A stretch of 25,692 bases of DNA, taken from a virus (lineage: Duplodnaviria; Caudoviricetes). Each line of letters opens with the position of its first letter. Positions within the stretch are counted from its first letter, which is position 1. Of the stretch, positions 16,935 through 25,116 are shown one piece after another. The position numbers and the translations under genes were made by a program. A model generated the notes under the pieces. The model made no database searches. It was not told the origin of the DNA and saw only the letters and a list, made by a program, of their open reading frames with translations. The stretch spans positions 1-25,692 of the IMG/VR virus record IMGVR_UViG_3300016674_000038; one strand, given 5' to 3'.

Positions 16935-18139
16935 GCTGCTGCGCCGAAGATGCGCTGAGCGAGACCGTCCACAACTTCGCGGTCGATCTTGGACAGCTTG
17001 TTGATGAAGGAGAGCGTGATGCCCTGGCGGAACGAGGCTCGCATCACACCGATCTTCGCGGCGTAGATCAAAGTGCGAGGCGAAATCACATCGCTGATCT
17101 TGCCCGCGTCGTAGGCGTCACGCACCAGCGTGGCGAACTCGACCAGCTTGTCGGCATCTTCTTTGGTCAGGCCCACTTGGTTCTGAAGAATCTGGCTCTC
17201 GGCAGCTTTCTTCATGTACTTCTTGTGGATGACCATACCGAAGCGGTCGTAGTTGGCGGAGTTTTGCAGGTTCGTGCCCTGGTACAGACCCGTCTCGTCG
17301 CCGGTGCCGTTGGTGTTGCCAGTCGCGCAGAAGCGGAAGTTCGGGTGCGGCTTGATGATCCGGTTCTCGGCGTCAGCCTCTTTGATCATCAGTGACTTAC
17401 CTTCCAGAACGGCTTGGTACACCGACAGAACGGACGGCAGAGCGAAGTCGTATTCATCCGCGACGTACATCCAACCGTACTTCATGGCCAGCGGCAACGG
17501 GCCCAGTTCGAACACCGTCTGACCGCCCTTGACGGTCCACTGACCGACGATGTGGCTTTCTTCGGTGTTGACCGTGTGCTGAATGCGAACCATCGGGCGG
17601 TTCGTGCGGGCGGCGATCTGTTCGAACAGCTCCGTCTTACCAGCACCCTTGTGGCCCCACACGTAAACGGGGTAGCGCAGTTCAATGGCGAGGATGACGT
17701 TCTTCAGTTCGTCAATGTCGAACACGTAGTTGTCGGAGGGTTCCGGCACGTACTCCTGGTGATCGTGCGCCGACAGAACGCTGATCGGAATCGGCTCGCC
17801 ACGCGAGTTCATGGCTTGCTTGACGCGGCCCAGCTTGAACTGGTCGTTCAGGAACTTCTTGACCGGCGAGCCCTTGCTCACGAGGTCTGCCACCTTGACG
17901 GCGCTCTCGGACTCGCCAGTGCCGGCCAACTCGGTCTTGGTTTCGGCGGGCTGCTCAGCGGCTTCGCGGGCTGCCAGCTTCTCGGCGATCTTCTGCTTTG
18001 CCAGCTCCGACAGCAGCGGTGCATCGGGGTGCTTCGCGCTGTACTGCTCCACCGTCATTTCGGGGTGCGCTTCCTTCAGGTGAAGCTGGATCGAGTGGAC
18101 AAGTGCGCCGCACTCTTGGCAAGTGATCTTTTCAGACAT
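16931..18139 (-). CDS. CobS/MoxR-like AAA+ ATPase with an N-terminal C2H2 zinc finger
   Basis: GHKGAGKT, YVADEYD, HPNFRFCATGNTNG, DRF, SPRTL; N-terminal CQEC-x9-HLKEAH. Start refined to ATG 18139 (AAGGAG RBS). Confidence 0.9.
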   Translation of the reverse strand: MSEKITCQECGALVHSIQLHLKEAHPEMTVEQYSAKHPDAPLLSELAKQKIAEKLAAREAAEQPAETKTELAGTGESESAVKVADLVSKGSPVKKFLNDQFKLGRVKQAMNSRGEPIPISVLSAHDHQEYVPEPSDNYVFDIDELKNVILAIELRYPVYVWGHKGAGKTELFEQIAARTNRPMVRIQHTVNTEESHIVGQWTVKGGQTVFELGPLPLAMKYGWMYVADEYDFALPSVLSVYQAVLEGKSLMIKEADAENRIIKPHPNFRFCATGNTNGTGDETGLYQGTNLQNSANYDRFGMVIHKKYMKKAAESQILQNQVGLTKEDADKLVEFATLVRDAYDAGKISDVISPRTLIYAAKIGVMRASFRQGITLSFINKLSKIDREVVDGLAQRIFGAAA

Positions 18140-18192
18140 GTGAGACTCTCCTTTGAAATGTTGAAAATTCAACGTTGAAAACCAATGATTGA

Positions 18193-18245
18193 ATGATAAG
18201 CGAAGATCGTAGGGATTAGTAGTCACTGATGACTTATCCCTACGA
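18193..18245 (-). promoter_or_regulatory. CCCTR-N11-(-10) promoter and operator inside a long inverted repeat
   Basis: CCCTA cgatcttcgct TATCAT (18193-18214); operator 18219-18236; arms TCGTAGGGAT/ATCCCTACGA. Confidence 0.65.
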
Positions 18246-18254
18246 AACTCCCGT

Positions 18255-20306
18255 TTAGACCATGAGCAGGTGACGCAACTCCTTGATGACGGCGTTGGGT
18301 AGCTCGCTCACGGAGTTCAACACGATGTTCTTGGGGTAGAACTTCTTCACCGCGTCGGACTCGATGCCGATACCCACCACGTTCACGCCCGCTCGTGACA
18401 CTTCCTGGACGACGCCCTTCAGGTGCGATTCCAGGTCGGCCCGTGAGCCTGCTGCTGCGGGGTAGCCGTCAGACAGCACGATCATGATCTTGCCGGCCTC
18501 CTTGCGGGCCAGCAGACGACGGGCGGCAATCTCCACGCACTCACCGTCCACGTTGCTGCGCAAGATGTTCGTGTTGGGCAGCCAACCGAATCGGTTGCGG
18601 ACTTCCGTATTGATGCGTTCGTCATAACCCTTCAGAATCGGCATGTACAGCCCTTCGGCCCGCGAGAACCGAACGCCCTTCTCGGACTGCTGCTTGTACA
18701 TCTCCGCTTGAGCGCCACCGATGTCCTTCGTCGTGAAGCCGATCACTTCATTCTTGATGTTGAGGCGATCCAGCACCGACGACAGAGCGTATGCAGCCTG
18801 CGAGGCGGTGTAGATTTTCGAACCCGACATCGAACCAGAGCAGTCCACCACGAGTTCGACGGCAACGTCCTTGCTGGTCGATTCCTGCTTGCGGCTGAAC
18901 ACCCGGTCGTCGTTGAACTTCAGGCGAGTCAGGTTCGCAGCGTGGAGCTTGCCGGAGCGGTGCCCGTGCGACCGCACTGCCAGCGAACGTGCTGCAATGG
19001 CTCGCTCCAGGTCTTTCTGGAGCGGTGCGACCATGTGGTCAACGGCGTCCGACAGCTTCTTGCCCATCGCGGCATCGTAGTTGCGGCCCACAGGCAGCTT
19101 TTCGATGACATCGTGGTCACGGGTGAACGGCAGGTAGGTTGCGTTCTTGGCTTGGCTCGTGGCGGAGTCGCTGATGATCCGCGACATGGACTCGTCGTAG
19201 TTGTTCTTGCCTTCTTTGTCGAGGGCGGCCCAAATCGGAGCGGAGCTATCGAGGTCACTTTCCTCGCCCGAAGATTCGCCGGCCGGGTCTTCCTCCGAGC
19301 CTTCACCAATCACGGGATCGGTTTCTTCAGACTCTTCCTCGTCGTCCTCCTTGATGTCACCATCCTCTTCGGACTTGTCTTCACCTTCGCCTTCGGACTT
19401 GTCTTCACCTTCGCCCTCTTCGTCTTCACCCTCGCCTTCAGCTTCGGTTTCCGACTTCTCGCCGTCCTTCTCGTCTTCGCCCTCACCGGCACCGCCAGGG
19501 CCCTCCTCTTTTTCCTTCTCCTCTTTCTCTTCTTCGGACTTGCCAGGCTCAGCTTCGCCCTTCTCGGGCTTGCTTTTCGACTTGCCCTTGCCAGAGCCGC
19601 CCTTGCCGCCACCGCTGCCCGCCTCTTTCTTTTCTTGCTTCGTCTTGCCACCACCGCCGCTGCTGTCGCTGGCGAGGCGCTTTTCGATTTCCTTCGCAAG
19701 CTCCAGGCAGTCTTCAGTGGTCGCCGCGTTTGCGATCTTGGACTCAAGGTCTTTGATGCGTTCGTACACGGGCGCAACAGTCTTCCACTTGTCTTTCATG
19801 AATGACTGGAATACATTCTGACCAGACATTGCGCGGATCATCGGCGTGATCAGCGAACGAATGACGGCGTTTGCATCACCCTTCGCAGCAGCCTCTTGAA
19901 TGCGAGGCGTCACGTACTTGTCCAGGTAGAACTGACCCGTCACGGCGAGGTTGTATGCGGAACCCTGGAAGCGCTTGCTCATTTCCCGCTCGATGCGGGT
20001 GTCTTCGATCACGTTGAGCATGAAGGCGGTCTGGTCGCTGATCGCCTTCGCTTTGCCCATTGCCGTGAAGTCCGTGAACAAGATGTGGGCAACCTCGTGA
20101 TCGAGGAAGCCTTGAATTGCCATGCACAACTCTTCGGTTGCGTTGTCGGGCAGGTACGGGAGGTTGACCAGCACCGGCACGCCGCGATGGTCGTTCTTCA
20201 CGTATGCATTGACACCCTGCTGGGTGACGGTGATGCCCTTGCCCGCCAGAAGCTGCGTGATCTTGACCACGGCCTCTCGCAGAATATAAACACGATCATT
20301 TTTCAT
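18255..20306 (-). CDS. CobT-like VWA-domain protein with an N-terminal HExxH domain and an acidic linker
   Basis: DHEVAH and NVIEDTRIE; Glu/Gly/Lys-rich linker; SGKL; MIDAS DCSGSMS, GFTT, VLSDG, VVGIGI. Confidence 0.9.
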   Translation of the reverse strand: MKNDRVYILREAVVKITQLLAGKGITVTQQGVNAYVKNDHRGVPVLVNLPYLPDNATEELCMAIQGFLDHEVAHILFTDFTAMGKAKAISDQTAFMLNVIEDTRIEREMSKRFQGSAYNLAVTGQFYLDKYVTPRIQEAAAKGDANAVIRSLITPMIRAMSGQNVFQSFMKDKWKTVAPVYERIKDLESKIANAATTEDCLELAKEIEKRLASDSSGGGGKTKQEKKEAGSGGGKGGSGKGKSKSKPEKGEAEPGKSEEEKEEKEKEEGPGGAGEGEDEKDGEKSETEAEGEGEDEEGEGEDKSEGEGEDKSEEDGDIKEDDEEESEETDPVIGEGSEEDPAGESSGEESDLDSSAPIWAALDKEGKNNYDESMSRIISDSATSQAKNATYLPFTRDHDVIEKLPVGRNYDAAMGKKLSDAVDHMVAPLQKDLERAIAARSLAVRSHGHRSGKLHAANLTRLKFNDDRVFSRKQESTSKDVAVELVVDCSGSMSGSKIYTASQAAYALSSVLDRLNIKNEVIGFTTKDIGGAQAEMYKQQSEKGVRFSRAEGLYMPILKGYDERINTEVRNRFGWLPNTNILRSNVDGECVEIAARRLLARKEAGKIMIVLSDGYPAAAGSRADLESHLKGVVQEVSRAGVNVVGIGIESDAVKKFYPKNIVLNSVSELPNAVIKELRHLLMV
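19367..19414. repeat. Perfect 2 x 24 bp in-frame tandem repeat (EGEGEDKS)
   Basis: CTTCGGACTTGTCTTCACCTTCGC occurs twice, followed by a degenerate copy. Confidence 0.9.
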
Positions 20307-20317
20307 GCGCTCTCCTT

Positions 20318-20363
20318 TGTGTCATCAATGACTGATGTTGTAATGTAACCGCTGAATATAGGG
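20318..20363 (-). promoter_or_regulatory. CCCTR-N11-(-10) promoter with downstream operator, upstream of the cobT-like gene
   Basis: CCCTA tattcagcggt TACATT (20342-20363); operator TCAGTCAT-TG-ATGACACA (minus strand, 20318-20335) abutting the RBS. Confidence 0.65.
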
Positions 20364-20384
20364 GTTACAACGCGATAGCAGGGG

Positions 20385-20411
20385 AAATGAAAACGGCGAC
20401 TGATGTCGCCG
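20385..20411 (-). terminator. Rho-independent terminator
   Basis: CGGCGAC-atca-GTCGCCG followed by TTTTCATTT. Confidence 0.65.
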
Positions 20412-20419
20412 GCAAGTTG

Positions 20420-20626
20420 TCAAAGTTCGATGATCGCCTGACCATCAACCGTACTGACCATTATGACAGGTTTGGAGCCGTCCAGGAGTCCCGAACTGAT
20501 CATACATGAACCGAAGTCTCTCACATGCACCGCTTGGAACTTTTCCATCGCATCGCAAAATGCTTCATACGATGTGTCGGCGATCTTAGGGATGCTCGGG
20601 ATGCTATTGAACTGCTGAACCGTCAT
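20420..20626 (-). CDS. Small hypothetical protein
   Basis: ORF followed by a terminator; ATG 20626 preferred over the track start at 20647. Confidence 0.5.
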   Translation of the reverse strand: MTVQQFNSIPSIPKIADTSYEAFCDAMEKFQAVHVRDFGSCMISSGLLDGSKPVIMVSTVDGQAIIEL

Positions 20627-20779
20627 ACAGGAACCTTCTGAGAACAAGAACTAGGGGAAATGAACTTCTGTGAAGCCCGCGATGTCAATATGACGCGTCT
20701 ATTGTAATCACTCGCTTATACTGTTCTTTGCGAGCCCGTTAACTTTTTCGTCTCTGCCTATGAGACAAGTGAGGAACCT

Positions 20780-21223
20780 ATGGTAACGAAGGCTGTACAT
20801 GTAACACCGGCTAATGCCGTCGCGCCCCGCAACGTCGCTGAGTACATTTCTTGGCAGATTCGGCTTTGCGGTAAATCTCAAACGGAGATTGCACAACAAT
20901 CTGGGTTTGACAAGCCGAATGTCATCACCATGATCAAGCAAGGAAAGACGAAAGTCCCGCTTGCAAAGATCGGGAGCATGGCAAAAGCCCTGGAAGTCGA
21001 TCCGGTTTTCTTCATGAAGTTGGTTTTGTCGGAGTACATGCCCGATGTGGCAGACATTATCGAAACAATCGTGAAGCAGCCGATCATCACTCAGAACGAG
21101 CAGGAATTTATCAAGGTGATTCGTTCATCCAAGGTCGTGAATCCCAAGTTGCGTACCGATGCCGAGCGCCGCGAACTCCGTAAATTCGTTGACTCGTTGA
21201 AGGCCGACAACGAAGCGAACTGA
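20780..21223 (+). CDS. XRE/Cro-CI family HTH transcriptional regulator (candidate repressor)
   Basis: GAGGA RBS; KSQTEIAQQSGFDKPNVITMIKQGKTKVPL..AKALEVDP; divergent from the main operons. Confidence 0.85.
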   Translation: MVTKAVHVTPANAVAPRNVAEYISWQIRLCGKSQTEIAQQSGFDKPNVITMIKQGKTKVPLAKIGSMAKALEVDPVFFMKLVLSEYMPDVADIIETIVKQPIITQNEQEFIKVIRSSKVVNPKLRTDAERRELRKFVDSLKADNEAN

Positions 21224-21354
21224 TACAAATCGGTGCGAATTTTGGCGTTGTCACATTAGGATCACGCGCCGCTCTGACGAGCGGCACCCCCTCTTGCATT
21301 GCACTGCAACAAGCGTTAGCCTAGCACAACTTTACATTCAGTGCTGACTGATTC

Positions 21355-21567
21355 ATGGAACGTGCTATGCTCTTGAGGCTGGGTCAAGTTGAGAGCCGCG
21401 TCGGCCTCAAGAAGTCCAAGATTTACGCCCTCATCGCTGAGGGCAAGTTTCCTCGGCCTGTCAAGATTGGTCATGCGTCGAGCTGGGTTTCGACAGAGAT
21501 TGATCAGTGGATTGCCGCGCTTGCCACTGAGCGAACCATGTCCACGGATTGTGAGGTTTCTGCTTGA
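21355..21567 (+). CDS. alpA: AlpA-family excisionase/regulator
   Basis: LLRLGQVESRVGLKKSKIYALIAEGKFPRPVKIG..SSWVSTEIDQWI; adjacent to the integrase. Confidence 0.9.
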   Translation: MERAMLLRLGQVESRVGLKKSKIYALIAEGKFPRPVKIGHASSWVSTEIDQWIAALATERTMSTDCEVSA

Positions 21568-22744
21568 CGGCATCGAGATAGTCGGCCCATGCCTGCATCA
21601 TTCTGACTCGCTCCGGCCAATACTCTGCCCGGTTGTAAGCCCGTTCCACTTTGTTCTGTTCTTCGTGTGCGAGTTGTTTTTCCACAACTTTAGTCTGGAA
21701 CCCACCCTCCTCCAGCAGCGTCTTGGCCGTGGTTCTGAAGCCGTGCGTCGAGTGCTTGCCTTTATAACCAAGGCGATGAAGGTTCTTCATGAAAGTTGTA
21801 TCGCCGTACATGCCGCCTCTCGGGCTGGGAAATAGCAACTCCTGATGACCCGTGATTGTGTGGATATTGCGCAGCAGATCGACCGTCTGTCGGGCAAGTG
21901 GAACAAGGAATTCACGATTCATCTTCATCAGGCCCTTCGGGATCGTCCACACGCCTTCGTCAAGATTGAACTGGTCCCAAGATGCGGAACGCAGGTTCTG
22001 CGGCCGGACGAATACCAGGGCGTTCAATCGCAACGCCAGGATCGGAAGCGTTGCCTCTTCAGCGTCCAGTTTCACCAGAAGCTGAGAAATGTCCTCCGGT
22101 GACTTCAGCGCGGGATGGTGCTGCTCTACGTGGGCGGTAAACCCTGAGCGCTTGACTCGCTGAGCGGGGTTGCTGTCGATCCAACCCTTGTCGATGCCGT
22201 AGTCGAACGAGCGCACCAGAATGGCACGCACTCGCGTGAGCTTGTAGTTCGCGCCCCGCTTCTCAACCCGCTCCAGAATGCTTCGAATGTCCTCGTTGGT
22301 GACTGAGGCAATGTCCTTGGTGCCGATGTACGGGTAGATGTCCCGCTTGGCGGCAATGTCAAAGTCGTCGTAGTGGGTCGCGCTCCACGTGGGCTTGTTC
22401 ATGTTCAGCCAAGCACCCACGAGTTCCGCAACGGTCTTGCCTTCCTTCGGGGCCTCTCTCGCCTTCTTGCGTTCGGCCACCGGGTCTTTGCCGAATTGCA
22501 GAAGTTCCCTAGCTTGCTGAGCCAGGGTTCTCGCCGTACTCAGGGACACCTTGGGATACGTGCCCATCGAGTAGGTCTTCTGGCTGCCGGCGAACGAGTA
22601 GTTCAGTTGCCAGGACGCACCGCCGTCGGCTCTGACCACGAGGTACAGGTTGGAGCCGTCTCCGATCTTGGTGACGCCGCCCTTCTCTCGGGCTTGCTTG
22701 AGCCGCTTCTCCAGCTCTTTCTGGGACAGTTCGTGAAGTGCCAT
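21461..22744 (-). CDS. int: P4-family tyrosine integrase with an arm-binding domain
   Basis: DGSNLYLVV, MGTYPKVSLSTAR, and the catalytic set VRPQNLR, MKM, HGFR, LAH, AYNRAEY. Confidence 0.95.
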   Translation of the reverse strand: MALHELSQKELEKRLKQAREKGGVTKIGDGSNLYLVVRADGGASWQLNYSFAGSQKTYSMGTYPKVSLSTARTLAQQARELLQFGKDPVAERKKAREAPKEGKTVAELVGAWLNMNKPTWSATHYDDFDIAAKRDIYPYIGTKDIASVTNEDIRSILERVEKRGANYKLTRVRAILVRSFDYGIDKGWIDSNPAQRVKRSGFTAHVEQHHPALKSPEDISQLLVKLDAEEATLPILALRLNALVFVRPQNLRSASWDQFNLDEGVWTIPKGLMKMNREFLVPLARQTVDLLRNIHTITGHQELLFPSPRGGMYGDTTFMKNLHRLGYKGKHSTHGFRTTAKTLLEEGGFQTKVVEKQLAHEEQNKVERAYNRAEYWPERVRMMQAWADYLDAVKQKPHNPWTWFAQWQARQSTDQSLSKPSSTHDQS

Positions 22745-22813
22745 CGCCTCTTGGTAAATGAGTTTTGAGGGGCAATGGTAAATGGTACAGCGGGTCTAGC
22801 TTGGGGACAGTCC

Positions 22814-23039
22814 TTACCACGACTTTTACCAGTCGGTTGCCTGGATGCGGGCGGAGGGCTGCGGAAGACCCTGGAAAAGAAAAAGCCCCAAGCGGTTGAT
22901 TTCTTGGGGCTTTTTAGGTGGCTCGTGGACTGCTGTGGACGCCCACGGAACCTTAGCTGGCGGAGACGGAGGGATTCGAACTTCCAGCAACCATGCGGTT
23001 CTCCGGGCGGTCAGAATTTCCTTACCAAGTTTCTTACCA
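22814..23039. mobile_element. attP site: tRNA-Ser 3' core, arm-type repeats, IHF site
   Basis: Core GTTCGAATCCCTCCGTCTCCGCCA (minus, 22958-22981). TTACCA pairs 12 bp apart lie on both sides (22814/22826 and 23022/23034). IHF match AATCAAccgcTTG at 22889-22901. Confidence 0.85.
22880..22915. terminator. Bidirectional rho-independent terminator downstream of the tRNA core
   Basis: AAAAAGCCCCAAG-10 nt-CTTGGGGCTTTTT. Confidence 0.8.
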
Positions 23040-23648
23040 GCCCAGCTTCTGAGCGTGTTGCTTGATCAGGCGAACCCAGTCTCCGCAGTTGTGTTCGTTG
23101 AAGGATGAGATTGTCATGTCCACCTCGCACGTGTCACGCCAGGACCACTCCTCTTTCATGACGGTCATCCGGCTCGCGTAGGTGCTGATGATCTTGGCAC
23201 GCTCTTCGTCCGACTTGCTGGCCGCAAGCTCGTTCGTCATTCGCCTCAGAAAGCGTTCGCAGATCACCGGGATCGGGTTGTTGACGAGGATGCTCAGGAT
23301 GTCCCAGCCGTGCTTGAGCGCGTACTCACGGACTTGAGCCAGGCCGTTGGGTTCAACGATCACGACGATGGGCTTTCCTTGGGCCGAGACTCGCTCAACC
23401 TCGTCAACGCCGACGCCGTAATAGTTCCCGTTGAACGCGACTTCCTCAACGAGACCGCCCTTGTCAGCGATGCGCCGGAATGTGTCACGAGTGACGAAAT
23501 AATAGGACTCACCATCGACCTCGCCGACACGCGGCTGACGAGTCGTCGTGGAGATGACGTTTGCAAAACCTTCGGACTTGAGCATGGCTTCAAGCGTGGA
23601 TTTGCCTGCACATGACGGGCCCGTCAGTGTCACGATGAATGGCTTCAT
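23034..23648 (-). CDS. gmk: Guanylate kinase-like nucleotide kinase
   Basis: GPSCAGKST, STTTRQPRVGEVDGESYYFV, NGNYYG. Confidence 0.88.
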   Translation of the reverse strand: MKPFIVTLTGPSCAGKSTLEAMLKSEGFANVISTTTRQPRVGEVDGESYYFVTRDTFRRIADKGGLVEEVAFNGNYYGVGVDEVERVSAQGKPIVVIVEPNGLAQVREYALKHGWDILSILVNNPIPVICERFLRRMTNELAASKSDEERAKIISTYASRMTVMKEEWSWRDTCEVDMTISSFNEHNCGDWVRLIKQHAQKLGW

Positions 23649-23827
23649 TTGCTTTCCCTTTCTTTCAACTTTTGCGTGATGTACTCAAGCAGGCGCGTGA
23701 TGGTGAAAAGGGGCACTTCGGCCCCGTTGCAGTCCACCATACGAACCACTCCACCGATCCCCGAGTGAACGATTTCAGTTCTCCAGGGAAAGGTGGCTGC
23801 GATCTGGTCGTATTCGTCTCGGGTCAT
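23645..23827 (-). CDS. Small hypothetical protein
   Basis: ATGA overlaps with the ligase stop and the gmk start. Confidence 0.7.
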   Translation of the reverse strand: MTRDEYDQIAATFPWRTEIVHSGIGGVVRMVDCNGAEVPLFTITRLLEYITQKLKERESK

Positions 23828-25116
23828 TTGTCGTCGCGGAACCTCTTGAAGCGCGGATGACGCAAGGAACCATCCGGTGTGATTTCATGGAACTCAACTT
23901 CGATGATCTGGTCCACCAGTTGTTCCCGCTCACTCCACAACGTCAGACGATCCGCATCAGAAAAGCCGGAGCCGATGTTCACCCGAACCGCGTTCTCGGT
24001 CAGATGGTTTGCACCCTCCGTCCGCGCTTTGAACATCTCCATGTCGAAAGCGACGATCAAGCCACCAAGCATTCCCTGGTACTTCCCCGTACCCTCAAAG
24101 GTGCCGACGATGGGTACATCAGCAGTCTCTTCTGCCTTGATCTTCATCCAGGCATAGGAACGCTTGTTGACGTACTGAGCCGTCGGCTCTTTGACGATCA
24201 GACCCTCAAGGCCCCGCTCACGAACGCTCCGATAGATGTTGTGAATCTCGGCCACGCTGTTGACCAAGTATTTCGGCACATGCTTGATCTTCCGCTCGTC
24301 GCAGCCTGCAACGAACTCTTCAACCCTTTTGCGGCGACTGCTGTAGGTCAGGTTGGACTTGCCTGCCAGAAATTCGCTTGTGGGAAGCAAGTCGAACACG
24401 TGGAACTCGGCGTCGGTCGCTTCAGCGCCTTTGCGTCGAACTTCCGAGACTGTCTTGTTGAAGCTGCCCGTCAGGACTTCACCGTCAAGAACCATTTCGT
24501 CGCCCGTCGCGCCCACGTAACCGCGCTCAAGGATTGCGTCACGGATTCCGGAGAACGTCATCAGCTCCTTGCCCGAGCGGGTGAAAAAGCGAACATCGTC
24601 CTCGGTGACGAATGCCAGAACCCGAACGCCGTCCAGTTTCGGCTCAACGATCTGCGGCCACTTTGTCACTCGTGACTCATCGAACGGATGCGCCAACATG
24701 CAGTCGAAAGTGGGGATCAGCTTCGGGATCGCCTTGTTGACTGTGGTTTCCGAGAAGCCGGCTCGAAAGTCCTTGCCGATGATCCTGGCTAGAAGCATCG
24801 CGGACTTGGGCGACAGCTTGGACATGTGTTCCGACACCGCACTCAAGGCCGCACTGCCCGTCAGACGGCGAGTTTTCAGATCATTGAGTAGCTCTGTGGT
24901 ATCTACCCAGAAAAGACCGTTTCCAACGGAGACTGAGGCCAAGTGCGTCGCCTGATCGTAGCTGATGCCGTAGGTCTTGAACGGGTTCAGTCCCGCTTCC
25001 AGCACGTAAGAAAAGAGGTCATCTGAAGCGTGTGCTTTGATCAGAGCCTCTTTTTCCTTCTTGCTGGAAGTGGACGAAATCCTCTCGATGAGGTCAAAGA
25101 TTTCGTCCGATGTCAT
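23824..25116 (-). CDS. ATP-dependent DNA ligase (T4-like)
   Basis: EPKLDGVR, LDGEV, HVFDLL, EGLIVK, WMKIK, GSGFSD, SLRHPRF..FRDDK. Start refined to ATG 25116 (TGATG coupling). Confidence 0.93.
   Translation of the reverse strand: MTSDEIFDLIERISSTSSKKEKEALIKAHASDDLFSYVLEAGLNPFKTYGISYDQATHLASVSVGNGLFWVDTTELLNDLKTRRLTGSAALSAVSEHMSKLSPKSAMLLARIIGKDFRAGFSETTVNKAIPKLIPTFDCMLAHPFDESRVTKWPQIVEPKLDGVRVLAFVTEDDVRFFTRSGKELMTFSGIRDAILERGYVGATGDEMVLDGEVLTGSFNKTVSEVRRKGAEATDAEFHVFDLLPTSEFLAGKSNLTYSSRRKRVEEFVAGCDERKIKHVPKYLVNSVAEIHNIYRSVRERGLEGLIVKEPTAQYVNKRSYAWMKIKAEETADVPIVGTFEGTGKYQGMLGGLIVAFDMEMFKARTEGANHLTENAVRVNIGSGFSDADRLTLWSEREQLVDQIIEVEFHEITPDGSLRHPRFKRFRDDK

Noticed and set aside
16931-20306. Cobalamin synthesis module serving the B12-dependent RNR
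   Set aside because: No cobN or other cob genes in the window, extra domains are present, and similar pairs occur in phages with class I RNR.
21268-21285. Hairpin GCCGCTC-tgac-GAGCGGC as a terminator for the XRE gene
   Set aside because: No adjacent T tract; function unsupported.
22958-22981. Complete tRNA gene
   Set aside because: Only the T-loop to CCA is present; the 5' T-stem, anticodon arm and D arm are absent.
4115-24955. Long plus-strand ORFs (e.g. 9880..10821, 12134..13852, 14039..14995, 18708..19805, 23857..24675)
   Set aside because: They lie opposite well-supported genes and are expected from GC-rich codon bias.
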